Source of the DNA: a virus
Lineage: Duplodnaviria > Caudoviricetes
Direction: 5' to 3' (one strand)
Virus record (IMG/VR): IMGVR_UViG_3300005077_000086
Coordinates: 1 to 36,189 of that record
DNA length: 36,189 nt
Shown: positions 8,872 to 18,060 of the stretch, one piece after another
Numbering within the stretch: the stretch's first letter is position 1
Layout of the letters: each line of letters starts with the position of its first letter
The notes under the pieces: model-generated
The model's database searches: none
What the model was told of the DNA's origin: nothing
The model's input: only the letters and a program-made list of their open reading frames with translations
Made by a program: the position numbers and the translations under genes

Positions 8872-10132
8872 TTACTACCTCCTTTAATTCTGTTATTTCT
8901 GCTGATAAATCCTGTACTGATTTAATAAGCGGCATTATAAATTTGCCATAATCAACTTTTAATAAATCAGGATTACTTTCATCAACAACATTCATCCAAT
9001 CTTCCTGTATTTCCTGTATCTCCTGTGCTATTACACCCATTTCAATTTCATCATCACCATTTATATACTTAAAAGAAACAGGTCTTACTTTGTTAATAAA
9101 TTCAATACCGACATTAAGATCACTAACATCTTTTTTTACTCTTTTATCGCTGATGAGATGCCCCGCTGCCAACATTCCACCAACTCCCATTATATTATTC
9201 GGACTCAACAATCCTTCCTGCCCCGGTATTATTGCTTTTGTTTCGACACCAAGAGGAGTTCCCATGAGACCACTTAAACCGCTAAATGCCCCAAGCATCT
9301 GATTATAATAATTTGCATTTCCAGTATTCATTGCATTAAGCCTATCAAGACCAAATTGAGAATTATACATTTGACGCTGCGTATCATTATTTAACAAATT
9401 TGAATATAAATCTGCGTATGTATTATATCCACCCAGGGCCGTTTGATTAGCACTGTCCATCGCACCGGATAACGCACCAAGACCACTCATATATCGTGAA
9501 GTATCTGCATTTAATTGTTGACCATAAATATTCGCTGAACGACCAAGCATATTTTCAAGAGATGAATTTTCCATTCCTCTTTCAACATTATATTGCTGAT
9601 TCAATAAATTTGCTACTGTATTTAAGGTATCATTTCTAATATCCTGTTCATTTGCCTGCCTTGCTCTTGAATATAATTCGCCACCTCTTGATGCGTTCAT
9701 GTCTGTAATATTATTATCTCTCTGTCGATTAATTGCGCTAATAACATTATCCTGATATGAACTTTCCCATGGATTCATCATACCGTAAGAATTGCGTTCT
9801 GCCGGTGCCGTTGGCATATTGTTCCCGGCCTGATAATTATTAAGCAGATTCGTCATCCCGGGAAGACCAATTCCACCTGCTTCTTCCAAATTGAATTTCC
9901 CTGGTGTGTTATTAAAATCCACATTATTTACACCTGAAAGATTTTGATATTGTGTTTTGTCAAACGTATCTCCTTTCATTGTGTCAATTAAATTGCCATA
10001 TCCTTCAAATAATCCCGGCAACTGTTCCCTTGACTGATTAGCCCATTCATTTGTTAATTTTTTTTGTGTTTTTGTTTGTGTACTTGTAGAACTCGGCTTT
10101 GAACCAGTGAAAAAATCACCTAACCAACTCAT
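8834..10132 (-). CDS. pilot/ejection-type protein with C-terminal peptidase S74 (intramolecular chaperone) domain
   Basis: N-terminal MSWLGDFFTGSKPSSTSTQT and Asn/Gln/Gly/Met-rich body; C-terminal SDKRVKKDV…RPVSFKY…GVIAQE…VDYGKFIMPLIKSVQDL. Confidence 0.7.
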   Translation of the reverse strand: MSWLGDFFTGSKPSSTSTQTKTQKKLTNEWANQSREQLPGLFEGYGNLIDTMKGDTFDKTQYQNLSGVNNVDFNNTPGKFNLEEAGGIGLPGMTNLLNNYQAGNNMPTAPAERNSYGMMNPWESSYQDNVISAINRQRDNNITDMNASRGGELYSRARQANEQDIRNDTLNTVANLLNQQYNVERGMENSSLENMLGRSANIYGQQLNADTSRYMSGLGALSGAMDSANQTALGGYNTYADLYSNLLNNDTQRQMYNSQFGLDRLNAMNTGNANYYNQMLGAFSGLSGLMGTPLGVETKAIIPGQEGLLSPNNIMGVGGMLAAGHLISDKRVKKDVSDLNVGIEFINKVRPVSFKYINGDDEIEMGVIAQEIQEIQEDWMNVVDESNPDLLKVDYGKFIMPLIKSVQDLSAEITELKEVVNGTNNTETTKTE

Positions 10133-10142
10133 AATAAACCTC

Positions 10143-11996
10143 CTATCTGGTTATGCCAGCATCATTATATCCAATCAAAAGTGATTCTATTTCAAAATAA
10201 CTTCCCAATGAATTCCGTATTTCAAAACGAACCTGTTTTCCACGTTCAACAAAATTAGCTATCTGTTCCATATATATATTATTTTCAGTATCAATCATGC
10301 TAATTGTTGTCCAATCAGACCAGTTCGCCCCGAAATCAACACTGCATCGAACTTCTATATCCCCAGTAGACTGCTTGATAAGCCCAATGACAAGTTCATT
10401 AAGCCTGACCGTATATTTCATATCGTTCAGAGGATAATCCCGTGTCGTTATTGTTGCCGTAAAATCAGTCCCGTTATCAGTTGTATAAATCGGCGCGAAC
10501 TTATAAACATATCCATCTTTATCACCCAAAAAATACACATCATCAGAAAACATGTTTAGACAATCCCACCGACCTTCTATATCTTCCCAGGTATAACCAG
10601 CAGCAAGCCAGCTGTCCCATGTTTCTGCGGTCTGCTCAACAGCTTTCCCACCGCAAGTCATAAGCCCATAAACGCCTTCGATGTTACGATATAACGTCCA
10701 AATACTCCACGTTTTTTCTTGATAATTATAAACATATACCTTGTCGCAATAATCATTGTCAGTCGGGACAAATAAACAATATAAATTTTCACCGCGTATT
10801 AAAACAGCAAAACATTTATCAATCTGGTCTCTATTCATTTCAGAAAGCATTGTATTTATAATTTCAGTTCCAATAGGGATAACCTGTATCCCGTCAAACA
10901 AATAAATATTGTCCCATCCCATAAATATATGATACTGTCCCAAATCGCAAACAGTCCGTATTGACGGAGTTCCTACATCTTTAATTTTATTCTGGTTAAA
11001 ATCAAGCGGGTCTGCACTCCCGCCCGCCGGAGTTGACCATGCCTCGGTAATACTTCGCGCCTTGTATATTATCAAACTTGTCCCAAGCGATGCCATCCCT
11101 TTTATTTCATCCTCGGATGTTAATAAATCATAATATATACCAGGCCAGTCTTCAGGATCACCTGTTTCTGACACATAAACTGCCTGAGGAAGAGCCGTCC
11201 CAGAATCAATCACGTTTCCAATATATGTATGCTCATATCCTATCGCGCCAAAATATCCTATATATTTTGCAGACAATCCAGACGCACCGCCGAGGTCTTC
11301 CATTACACCTGTTCCAGTCCACTTGACAATCGGGTCAATTCCATTCGTTGCCACCAGTATTTTCTCAGTCTCATCAGTATCATACGGAAACGCTATACTG
11401 AAAAAATTATCTGAATCCCCGGAAAAACATTGCCGTATCACATAGTCAATAGAAACTCCCGTTGCCCCTGTCCACGCAGATGATAATTCAAGATGTGTGT
11501 CGTCTGTTATTGAGTCAATCGAATACCATGTTGTAATCGAATTTATATCGTCACTCCCAAATCCAATATACCAGCTTGCCGGGGTTCCCGTTAAATCTTC
11601 CCATGCGGTTCCATCTCCAACAACAGTTGTGCTTGCGGATAATGTCACAGTGCCGGTATTATAACTCTTAGTGATATATTTCCATGCTCCTGCGGATGCC
11701 GTTTCCCATTTATACACATCCGTTGTCGTAAACGCCACAATATGTTTCACTGATGTTCTTAGCAAATCATACTGAACAACAGACAGAACTTCTCCATTCA
11801 GTTGATCGCCAAACTGAAAATATCCCCACCGTGAACTGACACGCCCTTCCTTGAACATGATATTCAGTCCGTCCTGACATTTGTTCTCTGGAATAAACCG
11901 TGCCGGATAATCCTTTACTATTCCGTATAACTGTGGAACAAGAAAATGCTTCACTTCACTGGAACCGCCTTGACTTTGATTTCTGATTTCTGACAA
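10143..11996 (-). CDS. tail hub/nozzle protein (P22 gp10 / T7 gp12-like beta-propeller)
   Basis: 617-aa beta-rich ORF; C-terminal SVDFGANWS…GKQVRFEI pattern; position after fibres and before ejection proteins. Confidence 0.65.
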   Translation of the reverse strand: MSEIRNQSQGGSSEVKHFLVPQLYGIVKDYPARFIPENKCQDGLNIMFKEGRVSSRWGYFQFGDQLNGEVLSVVQYDLLRTSVKHIVAFTTTDVYKWETASAGAWKYITKSYNTGTVTLSASTTVVGDGTAWEDLTGTPASWYIGFGSDDINSITTWYSIDSITDDTHLELSSAWTGATGVSIDYVIRQCFSGDSDNFFSIAFPYDTDETEKILVATNGIDPIVKWTGTGVMEDLGGASGLSAKYIGYFGAIGYEHTYIGNVIDSGTALPQAVYVSETGDPEDWPGIYYDLLTSEDEIKGMASLGTSLIIYKARSITEAWSTPAGGSADPLDFNQNKIKDVGTPSIRTVCDLGQYHIFMGWDNIYLFDGIQVIPIGTEIINTMLSEMNRDQIDKCFAVLIRGENLYCLFVPTDNDYCDKVYVYNYQEKTWSIWTLYRNIEGVYGLMTCGGKAVEQTAETWDSWLAAGYTWEDIEGRWDCLNMFSDDVYFLGDKDGYVYKFAPIYTTDNGTDFTATITTRDYPLNDMKYTVRLNELVIGLIKQSTGDIEVRCSVDFGANWSDWTTISMIDTENNIYMEQIANFVERGKQVRFEIRNSLGSYFEIESLLIGYNDAGITR

Positions 11997-12121
11997 GCCA
12001 GGGGGCCAATCTTAAAACTGAACCCTGTTATTGCCAACGCAACAGCAAGAACTATCAATATCAACTTCCACCAGTTTTTAATGAGTATTTGAACTAATTT
12101 TATTTTCCAATTCTCAGGCAT
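11951..12121 (-). CDS. small membrane protein of the lysis module
   Basis: ATG 12121 with GAGGG RBS; single TM helix WKLILIVLAVALAITGF; immediately after the endolysin. Confidence 0.5.
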   Translation of the reverse strand: MPENWKIKLVQILIKNWWKLILIVLAVALAITGFSFKIGPLACQKSEIKVKAVPVK

Positions 12122-12518
12122 ATTGTATCCCTCTGTATTCAAAATATGTAGTCGGATTGACCGTGCTTTTTTCAACATGAACCTCAAAATGCAGATGATG
12201 AGATTTATTCAGTTTACTCAGCATACTGTATCCAATAACCGTTCCTCTTTCGTATGTTTTTCCAGCAATAATTTCTGGTTTAATTTTAACATGAATGAAT
12301 TTAAGTTCATCAAACATTATAGACTCAAGAGGCTCAACGGCCATCCCGCCGCCCCAGTCATCTTCCCATATCCGAAGAACCTTACAAAACTCAGGAAATA
12401 TAATCGCCTGTGGTTTCCAGAACTTTATGTCCCACGTCCTGAGATCAACTCCCCTGTGAAATGTTTTCCCGCGAGGGCCGTATGGGCTGGTTATTTTTTG
12501 AACTGGTCTATCTACCAT
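12114..12518 (-). CDS. M23-family peptidase (endolysin)
   Basis: ITSPYGPR…HRGVD (HxxxD) and HLHFEV (HxH) zinc ligands; VNP terminal motif. Confidence 0.85.
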   Translation of the reverse strand: MVDRPVQKITSPYGPRGKTFHRGVDLRTWDIKFWKPQAIIFPEFCKVLRIWEDDWGGGMAVEPLESIMFDELKFIHVKIKPEIIAGKTYERGTVIGYSMLSKLNKSHHLHFEVHVEKSTVNPTTYFEYRGIQYA

Positions 12519-12720
12519 GTTTACCTCGGCACATTATTTCATGTTCACCTTTAAGCTGATTATGTGAATCAGACAATAAATTATATTTCTTCCATAACTC
12601 GTTCACATTGTTTTTAAACCCATTCACTACGAAAGCAATAATAAACTGAATGATAATAATAAGCCCGCCAATAATACTGATAAGCAATTCAACAACATGA
12701 TAATCCGATACATTCTGCAA
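12508..12720 (-). CDS. holin-like single-TM protein
   Basis: N-terminal TM LLISIIGGLIIIIQFIIAFVV plus short coiled coil; directly upstream of the endolysin. Confidence 0.55.
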   Translation of the reverse strand: MQNVSDYHVVELLISIIGGLIIIIQFIIAFVVNGFKNNVNELWKKYNLLSDSHNQLKGEHEIMCRGKHGR

Positions 12721-12741
12721 TCCAATCTTTCCCCCTTTCCA

Positions 12742-13029
12742 CTATGTCCAGGTGCCAGCGGCCCCAGTACTCGCTCCCGTTGTTTTTCCTGTTAATATGC
12801 CGTTTGTAAATGTCAGCGTTATTCTCCAGTTCGCCCCATCGTCTAAAGTCAGTGTTCCGCTTAATCCTGAATCTATCTGACTTTGTATTTGCTCAAAATC
12901 ATAAATAATGCTTTTTTGATTGTCTTCAACAAGATGAATCAATTCAGAATCAAATCTCATCTGTCCTGTTTGCGATCCATCAACAGGAACCATGGGCAGT
13001 TTTATGTCATGTCTTGTTTTAAATTTCAT
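12742..13029 (-). CDS. small structural protein (tail needle/plug-like candidate)
   Basis: 95-aa ORF overlapping the fibre gene; coiled coil followed by LTFTNGILT beta motif; function is inference. Confidence 0.5.
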   Translation of the reverse strand: MKFKTRHDIKLPMVPVDGSQTGQMRFDSELIHLVEDNQKSIIYDFEQIQSQIDSGLSGTLTLDDGANWRITLTFTNGILTGKTTGASTGAAGTWT

Positions 13030-14357
13030 GCTGAATAATATAAAATCTCAACCACATAATATAAATCAGATGTTATTACACCATCTAATGACATGACCAA
13101 ATTAGTGTCATTCCATGAAAAATTTTGAACCACATGATCACCAGTAGTATCATTAAAATTTTGCATAAAAGTAGTACCGCCATCATCTGTATATCTGAAT
13201 CCTGCTATGCCTAAAATATACACTCTTCCATTAGCAATACCATGTGCAGCCTCTCCGTACGCTGCTCCACTCACGACGCTTATAGTAAGTGTCTTAATAT
13301 GTAAAGAAGTATCGGTGGTATTCGACCCAATAGTTCCCACGCCACCTCTTCTTAATGCACCTGCAACACTTATAGAGCCATTAATAAAAACATCTTTATA
13401 TATCCCCACACCACCCCCAACTATTAATGCACCCGTCGCATATGATGTTGAATTTGTAGTGTTGGATATGGTCGTAGCACCCGCAAGTGTAGCTGCTCCC
13501 AAATTAGTAATAGTACAATACTCCGTGCTTTCATCTTTAATAACAAATGCTTTCCCGGTAGCCGTAGCTTTAAGATGTATACCACCTGCCACAACAGCCG
13601 GACTTGTTTCCCCGCCAGTTGCTATTTTTCCGGATGAGTTAATTCTAACTCTTTCGCTCCCACCTGTACTTATGGCAACAGTATCAGCAGCAGGGAACCA
13701 TATTCCCGTATTTGCATCACCCGTTGGGTATATTGCCGGAAGGGCCGCCGAACCTGCCGAAGTAACAATCGTACTCGTAAATGTCGCACGACCAGTTACA
13801 CTAAGAGTGCTGCCCAAAGTAACAGGCCCCGCCACGTCAAGAGTGCCAGCCGTAGTAATAGCTCCGGTTACTCCGAGTGTACCCCCAACAGTCGTGTTCC
13901 CATTCACCGCTGTTACTATAAATTTATTCGTATTTATCGTCAAGTTGCCAGTTACGGCAAGAGTACTCGCCATAGTAACAGCTCCGCTTATTGTTGCAGT
14001 TGTGCATATCAACGGAGTTGAATCACTGCCAATACTCGTTCCACTGGTTATCTGTACGGCACTCCCGCCGCTTTCAGAAATATAAAACAATTCAGCTTTT
14101 GAAGCATCATCCGAAACATACAATCTTCCAGCATTTGCAATACCAGACGGAGCGGAGCCTGTTGTGAGTGTCACCTGCTTATGTGTGCCGTCCTGCTGAT
14201 ATGCAGAAGCGGTTGCGGTAGCAATCCCCCAGTTATGGTCTAAATCCATACGTTCATCAATATCTTTCCTTAAATACTGTATTTCTTGATAACCGAGTCC
14301 GGCCTGCTCCGTAGGCGCTGGCCTGGTATTGCTCCACTCTCTTGTATGACCTGCCAT
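13026..14357 (-). CDS. tail fibre / tailspike protein 2
   Basis: Thr/Gly/Ala-rich beta repeats (GTLGVTG, STLSVTG, GALIVGGGVGI); shares a module with the 14516-15895 gene. Confidence 0.75.
   Translation of the reverse strand: MAGHTREWSNTRPAPTEQAGLGYQEIQYLRKDIDERMDLDHNWGIATATASAYQQDGTHKQVTLTTGSAPSGIANAGRLYVSDDASKAELFYISESGGSAVQITSGTSIGSDSTPLICTTATISGAVTMASTLAVTGNLTINTNKFIVTAVNGNTTVGGTLGVTGAITTAGTLDVAGPVTLGSTLSVTGRATFTSTIVTSAGSAALPAIYPTGDANTGIWFPAADTVAISTGGSERVRINSSGKIATGGETSPAVVAGGIHLKATATGKAFVIKDESTEYCTITNLGAATLAGATTISNTTNSTSYATGALIVGGGVGIYKDVFINGSISVAGALRRGGVGTIGSNTTDTSLHIKTLTISVVSGAAYGEAAHGIANGRVYILGIAGFRYTDDGGTTFMQNFNDTTGDHVVQNFSWNDTNLVMSLDGVITSDLYYVVEILYYSA
13675..13740. repeat. 66-bp exact direct repeat shared by the two fibre genes (copy 1)
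   Basis: GCAACAGTATCAGCAGCAGGGAACC…TATATTGCCGGA identical to 15336-15401. Confidence 0.9.
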
Positions 14358-14519
14358 TTACTTCACCTCTTTTAGTTTTTTCTCCTCTTCAAGCGGATTC
14401 CCCAAAACATTCAACACAATATCGACACCCTGTTTGTTCTGTAATCCGCCCTGCTTTAATGCAAGATCACACATTTGAGTAATTAAATTTTTTACATCAT
14501 CATTAATTTCGTACTTCAT
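14358..14519 (-). CDS. 53-aa protein between the fibre genes (possible fibre assembly chaperone); absent from the ORF track
   Basis: MKYEINDDVKNLITQMCDLALKQGGLQNKQGVDIVLNVLGNPLEEEKKLKEVK*; overlaps the upstream stop, abuts the downstream ATG, GGAGG RBS. Confidence 0.65.
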   Translation of the reverse strand: MKYEINDDVKNLITQMCDLALKQGGLQNKQGVDIVLNVLGNPLEEEKKLKEVK

Positions 14520-15895
14520 ACTGCCTCCAGTTTTTCAACTTTAATTTGTAATTTTTGAATAGCTCCATACATGGCCGATATAATAGAATCAATATTTAAA
14601 TTTTTACAATCTTCAATTGTATCATATATTTTTTCAATCTTTGTCTCAATTTCACCTTTTTCATTTTCAACTGAAATTTCTTTTTCACCGACGGGAACAG
14701 TGCCGATAAACTTCTGAACACCAACAGATTTCTGAAAAATCTTTTCAACATCATCAGCCACCCACCCGACCTTATGCCGGTCTTTATGTATTTCGGCATC
14801 AAAATAATTATCGCGTAATTTATAATATTTCAATGGAAGATTTTTAACATTATTATAACAAATATCAAGATCAGCGTCCTCGATATTTTCTTTTAATCGT
14901 GCATCACAGGTATTCGTCCATGTCGTGCCGGTTGACAAACCAGCAGACCCGGTCACATCTAATTTATGAGATCCTGAAGGCGTCATCGCAATTCCCATGT
15001 TACCGGATATGTCTATTCTCGCTCTTTCTGTAGGAGTATATGCAATATCTTGCGTTAATGAGCCATTTGCATAAAATTTTATAGCTCCCTGTTGCAGTAA
15101 TATAAAACATGCGTTACCAGTTGAAATCGGAATGTACTGATAAGATGTGTTGTAGAACATATTGTTGCAGATCATTATCGGTGAGTTGGCATCCTCTGAT
15201 TTATAAGCCATGATATTACTATTTCCGCCCATTTGCAACGACGCATAATATGTATTTATAGTTTCAGGAATTTTACTTATCCCCACATTTGCGGATGCGT
15301 CAACTCGAACTCTTTCACTTCCTCCGGTACTTATAGCAACAGTATCAGCAGCAGGGAACCATATTCCCGTATTTGCATCACCCGTTGGGTATATTGCCGG
15401 AGTAGCTGCTAAACCTGCAGAAGTAACTATCTTGTTTGTGAATGTCGCAAGACCAGTTACACTAAGAGTGCCAGCCACAGAAGTATTTCCACTTGAAGCG
15501 GCTACATTAAATTTATTTGTAGCTACTGAAAAATCGCCAACAACATTTAATTTCTTTGCTATATAAACACCGCCGGCCACTGTTAATGCACCGGAAGTCC
15601 CAGACCATTCCGTAGTATTTGATATTGAAGTTACGCCTGAAGCTCCTATTGTAGTAAATGTCGCTGCTCCCGCAGCGTTCAGCGTTCCACCAATATACGC
15701 TGCTCCAGCAACGCCAAGACCTCCAGAAATAACGGCTGCGCCGGTTATCGTACTCGTGCTCACCGCTGTATCAGTTACACGCAGTGATTCTGTTGTCGTC
15801 CTTCCGGTTACATTCAAAGACGTTACTTCATACACCCCGGAGCCTGAGGACCCGGCAGTTATTAAATTGCTATATGGATTGTCTTTAACAGTCAT
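14516..15895 (-). CDS. tail fibre protein 1 with C-terminal peptidase S74 chaperone domain
   Basis: Beta-repeat fibre body; C-terminal TCDARLKENI…LPLKYY…VGWVADDVE…MYGAIQKL. Confidence 0.8.
   Translation of the reverse strand: MTVKDNPYSNLITAGSSGSGVYEVTSLNVTGRTTTESLRVTDTAVSTSTITGAAVISGGLGVAGAAYIGGTLNAAGAATFTTIGASGVTSISNTTEWSGTSGALTVAGGVYIAKKLNVVGDFSVATNKFNVAASSGNTSVAGTLSVTGLATFTNKIVTSAGLAATPAIYPTGDANTGIWFPAADTVAISTGGSERVRVDASANVGISKIPETINTYYASLQMGGNSNIMAYKSEDANSPIMICNNMFYNTSYQYIPISTGNACFILLQQGAIKFYANGSLTQDIAYTPTERARIDISGNMGIAMTPSGSHKLDVTGSAGLSTGTTWTNTCDARLKENIEDADLDICYNNVKNLPLKYYKLRDNYFDAEIHKDRHKVGWVADDVEKIFQKSVGVQKFIGTVPVGEKEISVENEKGEIETKIEKIYDTIEDCKNLNIDSIISAMYGAIQKLQIKVEKLEAV
15336..15401. 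repeat. 66-bp exact direct repeat shared by the two fibre genes (copy 2)
   Basis: Identical to 13675-13740; flanks remain similar over about 160 bp. Confidence 0.9.
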
Positions 15896-16780
15896 TTAAA
15901 ACTCCGCATAGTGAACAAAATAATGTGGTGACTGCCTTCTGCGTCTGTCCTCATTTTTCAGCAAATCCAGGGCCTGCCCAGACCGCTTTTCATAATACTG
16001 AGCCATGTCGTATTCTTTCAGTATTTCAGCCATTTCGGCACAGGCAAGATTAACAACAGCATCAGAACCATACGTTAATAAATCATCCGTGGTCGTTGCC
16101 GTTGACTCAAAATCACTTGAGGTCGGCCTGTCCAAAAATTGCCAATACAATAAATGCAATACTCTGTTTGAATCCTCTGGTTTCGGATACAACGTCAAAA
16201 CATCTTTTGTGATCTCATAATAATATGGATATTCAGCAGTATTATCAGACTGCCATAATGTCGCCTGCGCTGCTTGTGTAGATACAGGAGAAATAACATC
16301 GCCAAAATAATCTTTGCCGTCAGTAAACAATATCGAAACACTTGTCGCCGTTGCGTTTGCGTTTGCTGAAATTGTGACCTGCGTTGAACTGTCAACACTG
16401 TCTATTGTTGTACCCGCATCAACTGAAGAATGATATACCAGCATCCCTGCCGATAAACTTTCTGTACTTGAAAGGTTCGTCACCGTGGCAGAATCAACAG
16501 TGAAATCCCCGGTCAATGTATATTCATTCCCGACAATCTCCCAGGCTGCTGAAATCATTTCCTTAAAATCAGTTGGAAGTGAATATGAATATGTACCTGC
16601 CACAGTGGTTATTGTTCCCCACGTCTGCATAAACCAGTAGTTATAATCCTGCTGGAGTTTTCGGTGGACATTCGCGATAATGCCTTCATCCCCCTGAAGA
16701 ACGGCAGCCGTACCAGAGGGAACTGCTGAGTTTCCCCATATCTTAAAACATACCCGCTGATACGCCTCATACCACGTCAT
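15896..16780 (-). CDS. head-tail adaptor / tail tubular protein with inserted Ser/Thr-rich beta domain
   Basis: TITTVAGTYSYSLPTDF and PYYY…LTLYPKP motifs typical of podovirus adaptors; operon position. Confidence 0.65.
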   Translation of the reverse strand: MTWYEAYQRVCFKIWGNSAVPSGTAAVLQGDEGIIANVHRKLQQDYNYWFMQTWGTITTVAGTYSYSLPTDFKEMISAAWEIVGNEYTLTGDFTVDSATVTNLSSTESLSAGMLVYHSSVDAGTTIDSVDSSTQVTISANANATATSVSILFTDGKDYFGDVISPVSTQAAQATLWQSDNTAEYPYYYEITKDVLTLYPKPEDSNRVLHLLYWQFLDRPTSSDFESTATTTDDLLTYGSDAVVNLACAEMAEILKEYDMAQYYEKRSGQALDLLKNEDRRRRQSPHYFVHYAEF

Positions 16781-17364
16781 GCTGTTTTCTCCTCCAGTGA
16801 TGCCATTATCTGAGAATACTGCATTTCACCAACAGGAATCGGCCAGTCATACCCATATAATTCATCACGCTGCTTTATGGTTGATCCATCATAAATATGA
16901 ACAGTTATCCCCCTGCCCTCGGCAAACCCAACCCAGTATTCCAATGTCGGCTGCTGACGTTTGTATTGACCTTCATTGAGATCAATACCATACAGATATA
17001 TCTCATCAAATCCTTCATCAATCGCCATTACCATGAGATACGCCACTGTCCCATCAAAAAATTTTCTATATTTACTCAAATAATAATCAATGGGATATTC
17101 CCGGGACGTCGGGAAACTGGGATGTTTTTTTTGCAAATACAACGGACACGTCAATTTCTTTAAATCGTTTACATACTTCTGTTTTTCACCAAGTTTATTA
17201 ATTGCCTTATAGTGATGAAGCTCAAAGCATCTATCAGCAATCTCATTGAATTCGGGAACCGATGCCGGGAGTGTCCATATCTCAGTATGGACAATGCCAT
17301 TATTGCGGTCTATATCGAACTGGTGTTTTGTCCTTCCTCCACCTATAATGGCAACAGAATTCAT
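16777..17364 (-). CDS. glycosyltransferase-like protein (sialyltransferase GT42/GT29-like Rossmann fold)
   Basis: VAIIGGG N-terminus; GTVAYLMVMAIDEGFDEIYLYGID matches the 'A..LG(F/Y)xEIYLxGID' motif of this fold. Confidence 0.5.
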   Translation of the reverse strand: MNSVAIIGGGRTKHQFDIDRNNGIVHTEIWTLPASVPEFNEIADRCFELHHYKAINKLGEKQKYVNDLKKLTCPLYLQKKHPSFPTSREYPIDYYLSKYRKFFDGTVAYLMVMAIDEGFDEIYLYGIDLNEGQYKRQQPTLEYWVGFAEGRGITVHIYDGSTIKQRDELYGYDWPIPVGEMQYSQIMASLEEKTA

Positions 17365-17687
17365 TTTTTCACCATCTTTGCCTTCGGTTCAGACTCAAGG
17401 AGTTCGTTTATCAATTCATCTGTTTTCTGTTCTTCTTCTGATTTTTTCGGCCGTTCAGTTGGAATAAAAACAAACCTCGGAACTTCTTCCTTCACCTGCT
17501 GATTGCCAACCTGTTTCCATCTGATTTTAACAGCACTTTTTATCGCTTCTACCACCGCAGTGGGAACGTCCACAATATCGCCATCACGATAATTAAAACC
17601 CTCCGCGTTTACATTCAGCTTAATATCTTTCCCAGGATGCTCAAGATTTCTTATTTTCCCATACACTCTAATTTTTTTGAAGTCCAT
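17361..17687 (-). CDS. hypothetical virion morphogenesis protein
   Basis: 108-aa ORF with AGGAG RBS within the late operon. Confidence 0.6.
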   Translation of the reverse strand: MDFKKIRVYGKIRNLEHPGKDIKLNVNAEGFNYRDGDIVDVPTAVVEAIKSAVKIRWKQVGNQQVKEEVPRFVFIPTERPKKSEEEQKTDELINELLESEPKAKMVKK

Positions 17688-17709
17688 ACTGTCTCCTTGT
17701 TTTTTATTT

Positions 17710-17733
17710 CCCCGGGGGCCGAAGCCCCCAGGG
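17710..17733 (-). terminator. GC-rich cUUCGg hairpin after the capsid/decoration genes (attenuator or mRNA-stabilising stem)
   Basis: Minus strand CCCTGGGGGC-TTCG-GCCCCCGGGG; no U-tract follows on the coding strand. Confidence 0.5.
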
Positions 17734-17741
17734 TTAAAAAT

Positions 17742-18056
17742 TTACTTTGCCCAAGCTACCCAGTTTATTGTCTCACCGGCAGCGTTAATATCGCTATCAG
17801 TGCTGATTGAAAAACCAAGAAAGCTATTGTCATAATCACCTGCTGTTACGCCACCAGACGTTACAGTAGATATGTCAGTAGCACCAGAACCGCTATCAAC
17901 AATCTTCTGCCCATCGGCATCACCCAGGTTCGCTGTCCACACCATCATGCAGTTACCATCAACATTCATCAACCAGACTACATCCGGAATAAATCCAACG
18001 GTAATATTAAGTGCGGCCCCCGTTCCTTCAACAGTTCCGTAATTCATTAAAGCCAT
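17742..18056 (-). CDS. capsid decoration protein (short paralog)
   Basis: ATG 18056 with GGAGG RBS; GTGAALNITVGFIPDVVWLMN…GFSISTDSDINAAGETINWVAW. Confidence 0.6.
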   Translation of the reverse strand: MALMNYGTVEGTGAALNITVGFIPDVVWLMNVDGNCMMVWTANLGDADGQKIVDSGSGATDISTVTSGGVTAGDYDNSFLGFSISTDSDINAAGETINWVAWAK

Positions 18057-18060
18057 AACG

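Noticed and set aside
13207-14085. 292-aa plus-strand ORF
   Set aside because: Antisense shadow of the Thr/Gly/Ala-rich fibre gene; no RBS or recognisable motifs.
13675-15401. Diversity-generating retroelement TR/VR pair
   Set aside because: The core is identical, both copies lie mid-gene, and no reverse transcriptase is present.
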